Assembly: GCA_963823335.1 (NCBI GenBank)
Contig: CAWGLD010000002.1
Span: 64,001 to 128,000, forward strand
DNA: 64,000 bases
From: an uncultured delta proteobacterium
GTDB taxonomy: Bacteria > Desulfobacterota > Desulfobacteria > Desulfobacterales > B30-G6
Direction: 5' to 3'
The notes under the pieces were generated by a model. It had not been told where the DNA came from. It made no database searches and saw nothing but the letters and a program-made list of their open reading frames with translations. Each line of letters begins with the position of its first letter. Position 1 is the stretch's first letter. The position numbers were made by a program, and so were the translations under genes. This document shows positions 20,079-30,827 of this stretch, one piece after another.

Positions 20079-21551
20079 TTGAAACGCAATATGCGCGCTG
20101 GAAAAAGCAGGAATGGCGGTTTAGAATTCAAAGTTTTTACCGATGATGAAATGGATGAAATTCATCTGGCTACGCTTGAAGTCTTGGAAAAGACGGGCCT
20201 TTTTTTCGATGATGAAGAAGCCCTGGAGCTTCTCGATGGTGGCGGGGTCGTCGTCGATAAGAATAGCCGAACTGCCAAATTTCCCCCGCACGTGGTTGAG
20301 GATGCCATCCGCTCAGCACCACCAAAAATTTTGTTGGCCGGGCGGGATGAAAAAAACGACTTTGTTATGGAAAAGAACCGCGTGGGGTTTACGAATTTTG
20401 GGGAGGGTGTTTTCATCAACGACCCATACACGGGAGAGCATCGGGAGACGACCAAGGCGGATGTGGCTGCCTCGGCATTGATCGCCGACTACCTGAGTGA
20501 AATCGATGTTTACGAACGGGCCGTTGGCGCTAGTGATGTGCCGACACAGTCGGTTCAACTTCACAACGCTGAAGCATGGATGCCAAATACGACCAAACAT
20601 GGATTCATGGGATCAGGCAATGGGTATTTGACGAAAAAACTGATTGAAATGGCTGCCGTCATTGTCGGGGACAAAGAAAAACTGAAGGAGCGTCCCATCA
20701 TTTCATTTATTACTTGTCCGGTCAGTCCCCTGCAACTCGTTAAGGACAGCTGTGAAATTATCATGGAATCCGCCCGGGCGGGCTTGGCCGTCAATGTTTT
20801 ATCCATGGCCATGGCCGGCGGATCATCTCCAGTGACACTGGCCGGGACGCTGGTGGATCATAACGCAGAAATCCTCGGGGGACTTGTGCTCAGTCAATGC
20901 ACCCGCAAGGGGGCAAAATTCATATATGGCAGTTCTACTACCGCTATGGATTTGAGGCTGGCTGCCGCATCTGTGGGATCTCCCGAATGTGCTTTGATCA
21001 ACGCTGCGGTGGCCCAAATGTCGATTTACTATCTACTTCCCAGCTGGGTTGCCGGCGGGTAGGGCGACAGCAAAGTCTGTGATGCCCAGTCCGGTCACGA
21101 AAAAACCATCACAGGCCTGTTACCAGCGTTGGCAGGCGCCAACCTGATTTACGGCCTGGGAATGATCGAAATGGGCATGACCATTGATTTTGGCCAGCTG
21201 GTTATGGACAATGAATTCGCCAAGATGATCAAATTCTTATTGCACGGCATCCCCGTCAATGACGAAACCCTTGCAGTTGATGTCATTCGGGAGATTGGGA
21301 TCGGGAAAAATTTCCTTAGTCATGACGCCACGTTCAAACACATGCGGTCTCAATCCCAGCCCAAACTGATTGACCGCAGAATGCGAGAGGAATGGGAAGC
21401 ATCCGGCAGTAAAGATATTCATGAAAGGGCGTCGGAAGAGGCACGGCATATTCTGGAAACTCACAAACCCGAGCCACTGCCCGATGACGTTCTGACTACC
21501 CTTCGATCCATCGTGGTGGAAGCAGAAAAAGAACTGGGGGTTCCCAAATAA
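20079..21551 (+). CDS. mttB: Trimethylamine:corrinoid methyltransferase with in-frame UAG (Pyl) at 21060-21062
   Basis: ORFs 20052-21062 and 21129-21551 are in frame: [33 protein letters not shown] before TTG 20079. Confidence 0.95.
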
Positions 21552-21564
21552 GAAAGGAGATCTT

Positions 21565-22950
21565 ATGGGAAAAATCATGACGAGAATGGGTGACGGGTTT
21601 CCCGTTGAAATGAGTGAAAGCCAACTCATGGGAGATCTGGAGGAAGGCACGGAAGATGCGGCCGAATATGGCGATATCCCCACTCTTTCCAAAGAAGAAC
21701 TGCAATATCTGTTCGATCTTTTTACTGCACCGTATCGTGTTGTTGGTGTAGAACCTGGCCATGAGGTCGTACTTTCTTATGATGGCGCCCCGCTCAAAAT
21801 GATGCGTACCGCCATCGATGTTCATCGACTGCAGGCATCGCAGATCTATGAAAAACTGCTGGGGGCAGACACCCTTGAATTGGGTCATGTCGATTACAGT
21901 TACAAGCCGGTCAAACCCATCGTCAGCATGGAGCAGACCGTTCTGGAGCAAGTATTGATGGTGACGCACGCGCCACTTTTCTACGGCGCTATGCCGAATC
22001 TGGGTCTATATACGCAACCGGACGGCCCTTTCCCAAACCCATCGGAATTATTGGCCATGGGAAAGATCGGTGATGTTCAGGAATCTTATGAGAATGCAAT
22101 AGACGCCGCTGTCAAGGATATTGTCTTTGTCGCCAGCGCCATGGTTGAATCCGGAGCAGATGGTATAAATCTTGATACCGTAGGTGCTGCGGGGGATGCT
22201 GATTTCCTGGCCGGTTTGAAAGCTACTGAGATTCTGAAAGAAAAATACCCGGACATCTGCATTGAGCTAGGAATGGCTGGTGAGTTTGTTCTTGGGATGC
22301 ACGGGGAATTAACTTACCAGGGTGAGCGCTTGGCCGGTATGTATGCCCATGATCAAGTCAGGATGGCGGAAAAAGCGGGCGTTACCATTTTTGGTCCCGT
22401 GGTGAATGTCAAAACTAACGCTTCCTGCCCCTGGAATCTGGCACGGGTAGTCACATTTACCAAGGCCTGCTGTGAGGTGGCCAACATTCCGGTCCATGCA
22501 AATATGGGTATGGGCGTCGGGGGGGTCCCTATGACCAATCACCCGCCGGTAGACATTACCTCAAGAGCCTCTGCGGCCATGGTGGAAATCTGCCGGCTCG
22601 ACGGGTTGTAGGTTGGCGTAGGTGATCCGCTTGGCATGGCCATTTCACACGCTATTGCCTCGGGCATGGGCGGAATGCGGGCTGCCGGAGATCTGGTGGC
22701 GCGAATGCAAATGACCCATGGCATGAAGATTAACGATGCAAAGGCGTATGTGGCCGACAAGTTGCGTGTTTCAGTTTCCGACCTTTCCGACCCGGTGGTA
22801 ATGATGGAAGTTCGGGAAGATTTGGATATTGGAAGTCTTTCCCCGCTGCCTGGATGCGCAAAGGGAATCGAAGCTAAAATTCGTATTGCCAAAGTTCTGG
22901 ATATTGATATCAACTGTGTCAAGCGTCTAGAAGGCAAGAAACTGATATAG
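21565..22950 (+). CDS. mtbB: Dimethylamine:corrinoid methyltransferase with in-frame UAG (Pyl) at 22609-22611
   Basis: [62 protein letters not shown]. Confidence 0.93.
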
Positions 22951-23011
22951 ATTTTAATCGGAATTGTTGTATCGATAGGTTGAACAACAGGGCAAGGCGT
23001 ATTTACTGACC

Positions 23012-23052
23012 AAAAAAGGGGATTGCCTATTTTAAAAGCGAATCCCCTTTTA
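23012..23052. terminator. Bidirectional intrinsic terminator
   Basis: aaaaaggggatt...aatccccttttt hairpin between mtbB and a convergent small ORF. Confidence 0.75.
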
Positions 23053-23075
23053 TAATTCTAAACAAGACAAGTCTA

Positions 23076-23225
23076 TCAGCAACAGCAACTGGAAACACGG
23101 CACCCACATGCATCGACATAGCACCCGCACGGATCTAAATAATAACAGCAGCTTGCCTTAGAAACATCCTGCTCTTTGTCGCTCTTGCCTGCCTGTTTTT
23201 TCTTTGCGTCTGTGTCTGTAGTCAT
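23076..23225 (-). CDS. Small Cys-rich peptide, 49 aa (below the ORF-track cutoff)
   Basis: MTTDTDAKKKQAGKSDKEQDVSKASCCYYLDPCGCYVDACGCRVSSCCC; GGGGGTG RBS 5 nt upstream; tandem TGA TAG stop then terminator. Confidence 0.7.
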   Translation of the reverse strand: MTTDTDAKKKQAGKSDKEQDVSKASCCYYLDPCGCYVDACGCRVSSCCC

Positions 23226-23336
23226 AAAATCACCCCCTATCGTTCTGGTGATTGTTTTCAGAAATACGTGTCTTTATCAGAATGATTCGAACACGTAATA
23301 AAAATATACCACATAGTAGTACAATAGTCAAGTTTA

Positions 23337-23451
23337 ATTGTTCTACAAACCGCGTGGTTCCGAACGTAAACGTACGGAGACGTGTCGTCTCCTGATCCTT
23401 TTCCACTTTGCGGAAAAAGGAAGCCACCCGTTTTACGGGTGGTCGTTTACT
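23337..23451. repeat. Non-autonomous IS200/IS605-like palindromic element, copy 1
   Basis: Homologous to 60061-60188; hairpins ggagacg/cgtctcc and ccacccgt/acgggtgg. Confidence 0.75.
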
Positions 23452-23464
23452 CTCAAGTCCACTG

Positions 23465-24028
23465 TCAGGAAACCAGGATTCTGCGCCAAAAATCTATGAT
23501 GGACTCCCGCATGGTTTGACTGTCTTTGTAATCATTTTTTTGAAGGATTTCATTGATCATCATGATGATGATACTTGTGGTCTCTTTAATCTGTACGGGA
23601 TTGAACTCACCGGAATGAATGCCCTTTTTTAAACAGTCGCCAATAAAAGATTTCAGCCATCTTTTGTGTCGTTTTGTGTTTTTGGTGTAAATATTGTCCG
23701 GATCGTTCAGTTTTGCAGGTCGGGGAGATAAAATTAGAGCCATTTCATCGGGCATTTGTTTTACAAGGGTGAAATGTATCAGGAATAGGCTTTCTATTTT
23801 TTCAAATATGGTTTTGGTTTCCTTTTTCAACACTTCCACTTGTTTGAAATAGTCGGAAAAGATTGAATCAAGAATCGATGTGTAGATTTCATCTTTTCCG
23901 GAAAAGTGATAGTATAGAAGCGGTTCTGTTACACCGGCCTTGACCGAGATTGCCTTGGTTGTTGTTCCATCATAACCCTGTGATGCAAAAAAGCGGGTTG
24001 CTGCTTTGATAATGTTGTTTTTTTTCAT
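23465..24028 (-). CDS. TetR/AcrR family regulator
   Basis: AATRFFASQGYDGTT..AI...AGVTEPLLYYHFSGKDE HTH. Confidence 0.9.
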   Translation of the reverse strand: MKKNNIIKAATRFFASQGYDGTTTKAISVKAGVTEPLLYYHFSGKDEIYTSILDSIFSDYFKQVEVLKKETKTIFEKIESLFLIHFTLVKQMPDEMALILSPRPAKLNDPDNIYTKNTKRHKRWLKSFIGDCLKKGIHSGEFNPVQIKETTSIIIMMINEILQKNDYKDSQTMRESIIDFWRRILVS

Positions 24029-24133
24029 GGGGTGGCCTTTTTAGTTAGATTTAACAATCCGAGCGTTTATATAGCGATTGCTAAATGCTACAATGTAGCA
24101 AGTGGACTGTCAAGTATAAAAAAGGAGAAACAA

Positions 24134-24466
24134 ATGACAACAGACTGTATTTTCTGTGACATCGTGAATGGTAAGACCGATACGGAATTTCTACTCGAAA
24201 ACGAAACCCTGGTGGTTTTCAGAGATATCAACCCCCATGCGCCGGTGCATCTGCTGCTGGTTCCTAAAAAACACATCCGCAGCATCAACGACCTGACACC
24301 TTCGGACGACAGCATTGTTTCTTCCCTGATTTCGGCGGGCAGGCACATGGCGAAGGAGCTGGGAATAGCCGCTTCGGGTTATAAACTTGTTTTCAACGTA
24401 GAGCGTGGTGGCGGCCAGATGGTCTTCCATCTGCACCTGCACCTTCTTGGGGGGTGGGAGAGATAG
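24134..24466 (+). CDS. Histidine triad (HIT) nucleotide-binding protein
   Basis: DCIFC, DINPHAPVH, QMVFHLHLHLLGG; AGGAG RBS. Confidence 0.92.
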   Translation: MTTDCIFCDIVNGKTDTEFLLENETLVVFRDINPHAPVHLLLVPKKHIRSINDLTPSDDSIVSSLISAGRHMAKELGIAASGYKLVFNVERGGGQMVFHLHLHLLGGWER

Positions 24467-24494
24467 GATAGGGAAGAGCAAAAATACGGGTTTT

Positions 24495-25445
24495 TTATCT
24501 CATCTGAACTTCGTTCAGTCTTATGGTAACATTGCCGACCATTGAAATATGGCCGCTTATTTGTATGGGTAGCTTTGACAGGGGATCGATAAAAAGTGTA
24601 ATGTCCTCCTGAAATCCAAGAAAGGAGAAGTCTTCAACCTTTTTCAGATCCGATGCCAGAGGCTGGGTCTCGAGTGTGATTTTGAGCGCTTGGACCTCGC
24701 CGCGACGACGAATTGCGCTTTGTTGTTTTTTTTCTAGAAAGTCAACCTTCAGGGACTGAAACCCATCCGGTTTAAGACGCACATGAAATAATTGTCTTCT
24801 CCCAAAAACACAAAATGACAGCGGCTGCATGCTTTCTGACAATTCAGCGGCTGAGACAATATAAATCAGCACCAAACGTTCGGTGACGTTGGGACATCCC
24901 AGCTGAACCGGGTTATAGGCATAGAACGACTCTTGGACATCGGTCCATCTGTCTGGTTGTTCTAATAATTCCTGGGCATCTTTCGGCTCTCGCTGATGTC
25001 TAAAGACACCCTGCTCGGTGAATCGGTAGACTTTCTTGAAGTCTTCATCACCCCTCCGCAGCCTGATTCTTCCCAGCGCTGTTGCATCCTTGGGATTGAA
25101 CCACACCTGGTTGAGTGTTTTTACGGGCGGTCTAAAAATAGAATCGACCCCATAATGGACCGTGAGTCTGCCTGGGTCTGGGCAACGAGTACTGATGGGA
25201 ACACCCTGAGAGCTCTTTATCAAAACAGACTCAACTTCTGCAGCCGGGAGCAATTCCATCTGAACCTGCACATTGACGTCAGCTGAGAAGGTTTTGATTT
25301 TATAGGAAAGCCGTGTCCAGGACAATTGCTTTGGATCGAGCTTGATTTGAGAATACGATTGGGCCTGGGCTGCGTGCGAAAAACACGTCAAGGAAATTGC
25401 CATGAAAAACAAGGCGGGCAGCCATAATTTATTGCGAATCCCCAT
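24495..25445 (-). CDS. Secreted hypothetical protein
   Basis: Signal-peptide-like N-terminus (…HAAQAQ); long intact ORF. Confidence 0.6.
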   Translation of the reverse strand: MGIRNKLWLPALFFMAISLTCFSHAAQAQSYSQIKLDPKQLSWTRLSYKIKTFSADVNVQVQMELLPAAEVESVLIKSSQGVPISTRCPDPGRLTVHYGVDSIFRPPVKTLNQVWFNPKDATALGRIRLRRGDEDFKKVYRFTEQGVFRHQREPKDAQELLEQPDRWTDVQESFYAYNPVQLGCPNVTERLVLIYIVSAAELSESMQPLSFCVFGRRQLFHVRLKPDGFQSLKVDFLEKKQQSAIRRRGEVQALKITLETQPLASDLKKVEDFSFLGFQEDITLFIDPLSKLPIQISGHISMVGNVTIRLNEVQMR

Positions 25446-25771
25446 TGAATGATTCTCCTGCTGCAGTTCAAGCATTGGAAACAGGCCTTATTTGAAATAA
25501 GTGGTAACAGAACAGCGATATGTCAAGACATTTGATTTCTTTATTTGCAATAGTAGCTTACCGAAACTGGTTCGGCAACCCGTTTGTTCCAGTTACAAAA
25601 CCGGCTCTTTTTGAACAACCTGGTACACGATGCGGCTTGACACAAAACAGACATGTTGTAATACTCGGCTGTCACATGATTCTGAAGATCAATACCTGCT
25701 GAGGGTCTTGACAATTCGAGTGCAATGGACGCACATGGGCTCAATCGTGCGCAGACCCAATATGCCTGGAT

Positions 25772-27180
25772 ATGAAAATGAAGAAACCCGTACTGCTAAT
25801 TCCGGTGGAAAACCAGGTGCGCGAGCTGGATGCCAAGCTTCTGCTGGCGTGCGTTGCCGCCAAACGGGATTTTACCTCCATCATCGGCCCCAAAAGGGAA
25901 ATCGAAAACCACATCGCTTCTTTTCCGCGCGGTATTTTTTTGTCCAAGTCCCTGAGGATCGTGAAACGCGATTTTTTTCCGATATCACGATTGCTCGGCC
26001 ATGAAATCGTGGCCTGGGATGAAGAGGCGCTGGTTCATCTGCCGGCCGAAACGTATTTTTCACGCCGGCTCTCCCCTGTGGGAATGGAGACACGTGTCTC
26101 ATTTGTTTGCCTGGGGTGAGGACAACGCCGAATTGTGGCGGCAATACCCCCAATTGCCTCCTGGAATTCCGATTCACATTACCGGTAATCCGCGCGTGGA
26201 CCTGCTGCGGCCTGATATGCAGGGGTATTATAAAGATGAGGCAGATACAGATTCGTAAGAATTACGGCGAGTTCATCCTTATCAATACCAATTTTAATCA
26301 TGTCAATGCCTTCCATCCGGCCCAGAATTTGTTCCAGCCGGTGAAAGATTCCGGGGAGGAAGCCAGGTTCGGCCAGGCAGCCCGGGGGATGAATCGTGAG
26401 TACGCTGAAGGGTTCCGGGATCATAAACAGGCCGTTTTTGAGGATTTCCAGAAGCTGATACCCGAACTGTCAGAGTGCCTTTCCGGAACACACCATCGTG
26501 GTGCGTCCGCATCCCACTGAAAATCAGGATATTTATCACGAGATTGCCGCCCATTGCCGGCGGGTGAAGGTTACCAATGAGGGCAACGTGGTTCCCTGGT
26601 TGATGGCTGCCAGGGTCCTTATTCACAACGGTTGCACCACGGGCGTGGAAGCCTTTGTCATGCGTGTGCCCGCTGTTTCATACCGGGAGACGGTCAACGA
26701 TTTTTACGACGATGGCTTTTACCGCTTGCCCAACCGGTTGAGCCATCAGTGTTTCGATTTTGAAGAATTGCGGACAACCCTTTCGCGTATTCTAAGCGGT
26801 GATCTGGGTGCCGCTGAAGGGGAGGGGAGAAAAGCCCTTATCGACCATTTTCTGGCGGGACAGGATGGGCCCTCTGGCCTGTTCACGGATGGTCGATGTT
26901 CTGGACAGGGTCGCGGATGATATGTCCCACATGCCCGAACCGACCCTAAGGAAACGGCTGTGGGGTTGGTGCCAGGCCACCCGGCGTCGTGTGCGCAAGA
27001 CCCGCAATGCTTATCTGCCGGGTTCCTTCAAGTCCGTCGCTTTTGAAAGGCACCGATATCCCGGGATTACCTCCGGGGAGCTTGCAGAACGGATAGCACC
27101 GTTTTCAGCAGGTGCTCGGTGAAGACACCCAACTTCAATTGCGCCAAATCCGTGACAAGATATTTAAAATCAGCGCTTGA
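25772..27180 (+). pseudogene. Surface carbohydrate biosynthesis protein paralog A, multiply frameshifted
   Basis: LLIPVENQVRELD, WDEEALVH, GNPR.D, NTNFNHVN, VRPHPTE, HNGCTTGVEA across several frames. Confidence 0.8.
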
Positions 27181-27380
27181 AGTGAACTTGTGAACGATTG
27201 CAGCGAGACTATTGGTAACCCGTGCGTTCCTTGTTATATACTAGCCGATTAAAAGGCCACGACATGCTGCAATGCTGATTGATAATCTGCGGCGGTCATT
27301 TTTTCAATGAGAACCCGCTGGTCTTTGTCCAAGTTTTTGATTCAGTTGAAACCTTGACATTTTTCAAGGGCTGGCCAGTT

Positions 27381-28364
27381 TTAAGTTGTGGACGATTGGA
27401 TGGGGATCCCGTTAAAGGTTGGTTCCAGAAGAATATCTTCATAGGAAATCCCCAAAAACTTCGCCAGGTGACGCATAACGGATTCCGTTTGGTCTATCAG
27501 GCTCTCGAATTGAATGACGCAGACGCGATCACCAAACCTTTTCCGGGCTTCCATTATACCTCGGACACTTTTTTTCCAGTGGCCAAGTGCTGATTCGACA
27601 TCTCCGTAGATCTGCGGTTCGCGTCTGGAAGCGGAAACAAACCAGTGCACAGGATCCCTGATGATAGAAATCAGTCTGCCATCAGGATATATTTCAAAGA
27701 AGTTATTTATGGCCTGGTTCTGCAGGATCAATCCGGGTGCATAAGCTGTGACGAATTTCTTGTCAAGTCCGTGATTTTGATAATTGAGCCAGGCCCCGAA
27801 ACAGGCGGTCATATGGGCATCAAATACATGGCGCGTGTTTAGCGGTTGGACGGATTCCAAATATTTGATGAAAATTTGTCTTTCAAGAATCGGTAGATAG
27901 ATGAAGGGAAATCGTACATTGTCTTCTTCGTCTTGCTTGAAGTCTTTCTGGACCTGAACGGCATGCTTGGAGAAGATGTTCAACCATTCTTCCGGTTTGC
28001 CCTTGATATCAATTTCTGGCCATGAACCCTTGTTGAGGGTGTCAACCGCGAAAGCACGGGGATAAGCATGTAGTTTGGAATGTCCGTCCAGAAGACGGCC
28101 CAGCAGCGATCCCCCCGAGCATGAAATTTGAGAAACCAGCGCAAGGGGCGCAGTAACCGGTGATATGTGTTGTAAACAAATCTGAAGAATATCCTCCAGG
28201 TGAGATGTTCCGGCGTCGCTGACTTGCCTGATCATTCTTCTTCTGGGTCCATCTTTCAGGTATTGCACTATCTTTATCCTTTTATCCTCCGTAATAAGGC
28301 GACTTATAATCCTTTTGCCTATTTTTTTCTTGGCATCCAATTTTTTGATAAACGGATAAATCAT
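27381..28364 (-). CDS. Sulfotransferase family protein (degenerate 5'-PSB motif)
   Basis: SQISCSGGSLL..LLDGH, IIRDP..W..S; paralog of 29732-30772. Confidence 0.75.
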   Translation of the reverse strand: MIYPFIKKLDAKKKIGKRIISRLITEDKRIKIVQYLKDGPRRRMIRQVSDAGTSHLEDILQICLQHISPVTAPLALVSQISCSGGSLLGRLLDGHSKLHAYPRAFAVDTLNKGSWPEIDIKGKPEEWLNIFSKHAVQVQKDFKQDEEDNVRFPFIYLPILERQIFIKYLESVQPLNTRHVFDAHMTACFGAWLNYQNHGLDKKFVTAYAPGLILQNQAINNFFEIYPDGRLISIIRDPVHWFVSASRREPQIYGDVESALGHWKKSVRGIMEARKRFGDRVCVIQFESLIDQTESVMRHLAKFLGISYEDILLEPTFNGIPIQSSTT

Positions 28365-28382
28365 ATAATAGGTGTCCCTTTG

Positions 28383-29688
28383 TTATGCAAGCGTCGGCCG
28401 TTTGTTCGAAGCACAATTCACGATAAACTGTTCATAGGCGTCCAGCACATCCCTGTTGCTGTCACCCCCATAGACTACTTCCGAAAGAAAGGTCGCAACA
28501 CTTTTTTCACTGTACGGTACATCCGGCCTTTTGGGTCTGCAAGGATACTAAAGCATTCTTCAGTTCGAACTCATTGTGTATTATCCAACAGGCACCCAAT
28601 TCTTCAAACAAGGTTGTGTTGTCATGTAGATATTTAAGGTAAAGAACAGGCTTGCCGCGCATGAGCGCCTCGGTCATGACGCTGGAACCGACAACCAGAA
28701 GAACATCGGCCCATCCGAGCAGATCCGCTGTAAGCATATGGGATACATCCGGCAGGGGGTAGTTGTCGAATTGGTCCATGGTATTTGTCCGGGTGTGGGG
28801 TTTGATCACGGCTTCGATGCCTTTTTGTTCAGCGATGAGGCGACAGGAGGCATACATTCTTTCCATATCAAGCCGGCATTGAGGTTTGGAAGGCATTAGG
28901 ACAACTTTTAATTTTTCCGAATGCCTGCCGAACCCTGCAGTCGCCTTTGGTACAATTTCATTGTTTTGCTCAAGCCAGGTGCGGCAGTATCGGGCACTTC
29001 CGAGTACGGAGATTTTGCTCACAGTCACACCGGCTTTGACCAACAGGTCTTTGCGCAAGTTATCGGATGCGATGATGTGGTCGAACCGGTTGAATTTGGC
29101 GAATCTTCTTGATTCCGTCGATTTTGGTTTGGTCGTTTCGTTGGTATACAGCTGAACACCATGCGGTAGGGCCAGGGTGGGTATGGACATCTGCCCGGCG
29201 GCTTTCAAAAAGGCATCGACAACGTACAGTCTTGGCATGATGTAGTCAAAGCATACGGCCTGCGCATGGGTGCGCTCCAAAACCGATCGTGCCCACCGGG
29301 GGCCATAGTAAATTCGACGAGTGATTTTATAAAACATGGTTCCGGCTAGATCGGCCCTTCTGCCCAACCATTTTCTTAGTACCCCTGATGGTTTTTTTTG
29401 ATCGTAGGCCAGTTTCTGACAGGTCTTGTAACTCGCGCGAATGAGTGCGTAAAGAAATCGATGGAGCGGATCTCTTTTTTGGTCAAATGCATCGTACACA
29501 TAATCGACGATCATACCATGATCTTTTAAGAACTGCAGACGATAGTCCTGCTGGATATCATAGCGTAAGTTCATGCAGAAAACCGCAACCTCATAGCTGT
29601 CTTGGTGCAGTTTCCAGGCCACGGGGGTCAGGTGGTCTATGTCATTAAAATGCCTTACGAAAAATAAATACATATTTGTAACTTTCAC
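28383..29688 (-). CDS. Putative GT-B glycosyl/phosphotransferase (frameshift near C-terminus)
   Basis: PHG, LGSARY, IKPHTR, GSSVMTEA..RGKPV motifs typical of CDP-glycerol/capsule-type transferases; last ~45 codons in another frame. Confidence 0.55.
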
Positions 29689-29731
29689 AGAATGTTTGCA
29701 ACCAACTTACTCTGGTAACCCCATCGGGCCT

Positions 29732-30772
29732 TCACGGGATTGTCGTAACCACACTCAGGACCTGTGCATGTATGTCGCCGGTCATTTCCTTGATGGTATT
29801 CAATTCTTCCTCACTTAAAGTCTTGTATCTTTCAAGGGCACTGATCATGATGCCGGGTTTTTCAAGCTTAAAACTCGTATTCGGTTTTATGGGTATTTTA
29901 TTGAATGTCGGCGTCAATAATATGTCATCAAATCGGATGGTTAGGAAATCAGCCAGATAGCGCATCACCGGCTCGGTGCGTTGTACCAGATCGTCGAAGG
30001 TGATAATACAAACGTAATCACCATAGTTTTTTTTGTTGCGAATCATACTGCGCGTGCTCTCATTCCATTGATTCAGCGCTTTTCTGATGTTGCCATACTT
30101 ATCCAACTGGTGACGTTTGGCAGAGGGAAACCAGTTTTTAGGATCACGCACCACAGAGATCAATCGACCATCAGGGTATATCTCGAAAAATGACGCCATG
30201 TTCGTTTCCATAAATGTCATTCTAGGCGTGAAAGCGGTGACCCATTTTTTATTTCCACGACGATTCTGGTTGTTTATCCAGGCACCGAAATAGGAAGTCA
30301 TGTACGCGTCAAACACGTCTCTTTGGTTTACTTTACCTACAGATTCTAAATGTTTCAGGAAAAGCTTTTTCTGCAAGTAAGGTAGGAAGATAAAAAGGAA
30401 AGTCTCCTCGTACTTTGCCATTTTTTTATATCCATAGCGGAAATGCCGTACCACGATATCTTCGAAGAGAATTTCAAACCATCGTTCCGGGCGGTTGCCA
30501 AGATCAATGGGGGGCCAGATATCTTTTTTAGGATATCCGAACTTCAATTCATGAGGGTGGGCATGTACTTGAGGATGGCCATCGAAAAGCTGGCTCAGCA
30601 TGGATCCTCCGGAACGCTGGATTTGCGAAATTAACGCTAGCGGGACAGATACCGGTTGTATATATTCCAGCCAGGACTCATATGCGTTGGCCAAAAGTGT
30701 ACGGCTCTCATCAAGTGCTTTGCCGGTCAACCCGGAATTCGATTCAGATTTAAGCAGAGGTGTCAAACCCAT
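29732..30772 (-). CDS. Sulfotransferase family protein
   Basis: QRSGGSMLSQLFDGHP (5'-PSB-like), VVRDPKNWFPS (3'-PB). Confidence 0.8.
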   Translation of the reverse strand: MGLTPLLKSESNSGLTGKALDESRTLLANAYESWLEYIQPVSVPLALISQIQRSGGSMLSQLFDGHPQVHAHPHELKFGYPKKDIWPPIDLGNRPERWFEILFEDIVVRHFRYGYKKMAKYEETFLFIFLPYLQKKLFLKHLESVGKVNQRDVFDAYMTSYFGAWINNQNRRGNKKWVTAFTPRMTFMETNMASFFEIYPDGRLISVVRDPKNWFPSAKRHQLDKYGNIRKALNQWNESTRSMIRNKKNYGDYVCIITFDDLVQRTEPVMRYLADFLTIRFDDILLTPTFNKIPIKPNTSFKLEKPGIMISALERYKTLSEEELNTIKEMTGDIHAQVLSVVTTIP

Positions 30773-30827
30773 GGTGTTATCCTTGTTAAGATTTCAATCG
30801 TCTTTAATATGTTCATTAAAATATTTT

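Noticed and set aside
23073-23078. TGA after CCC of the Cys-rich peptide read as Sec
   Set aside because: Followed immediately by TAG, and the only downstream hairpin is the terminator; treated as a tandem stop.
25772-27180. Programmed frameshifting or phase variation in paralog A
   Set aside because: Several independent shifts without long homopolymers or slippery motifs; error or decay is simpler.
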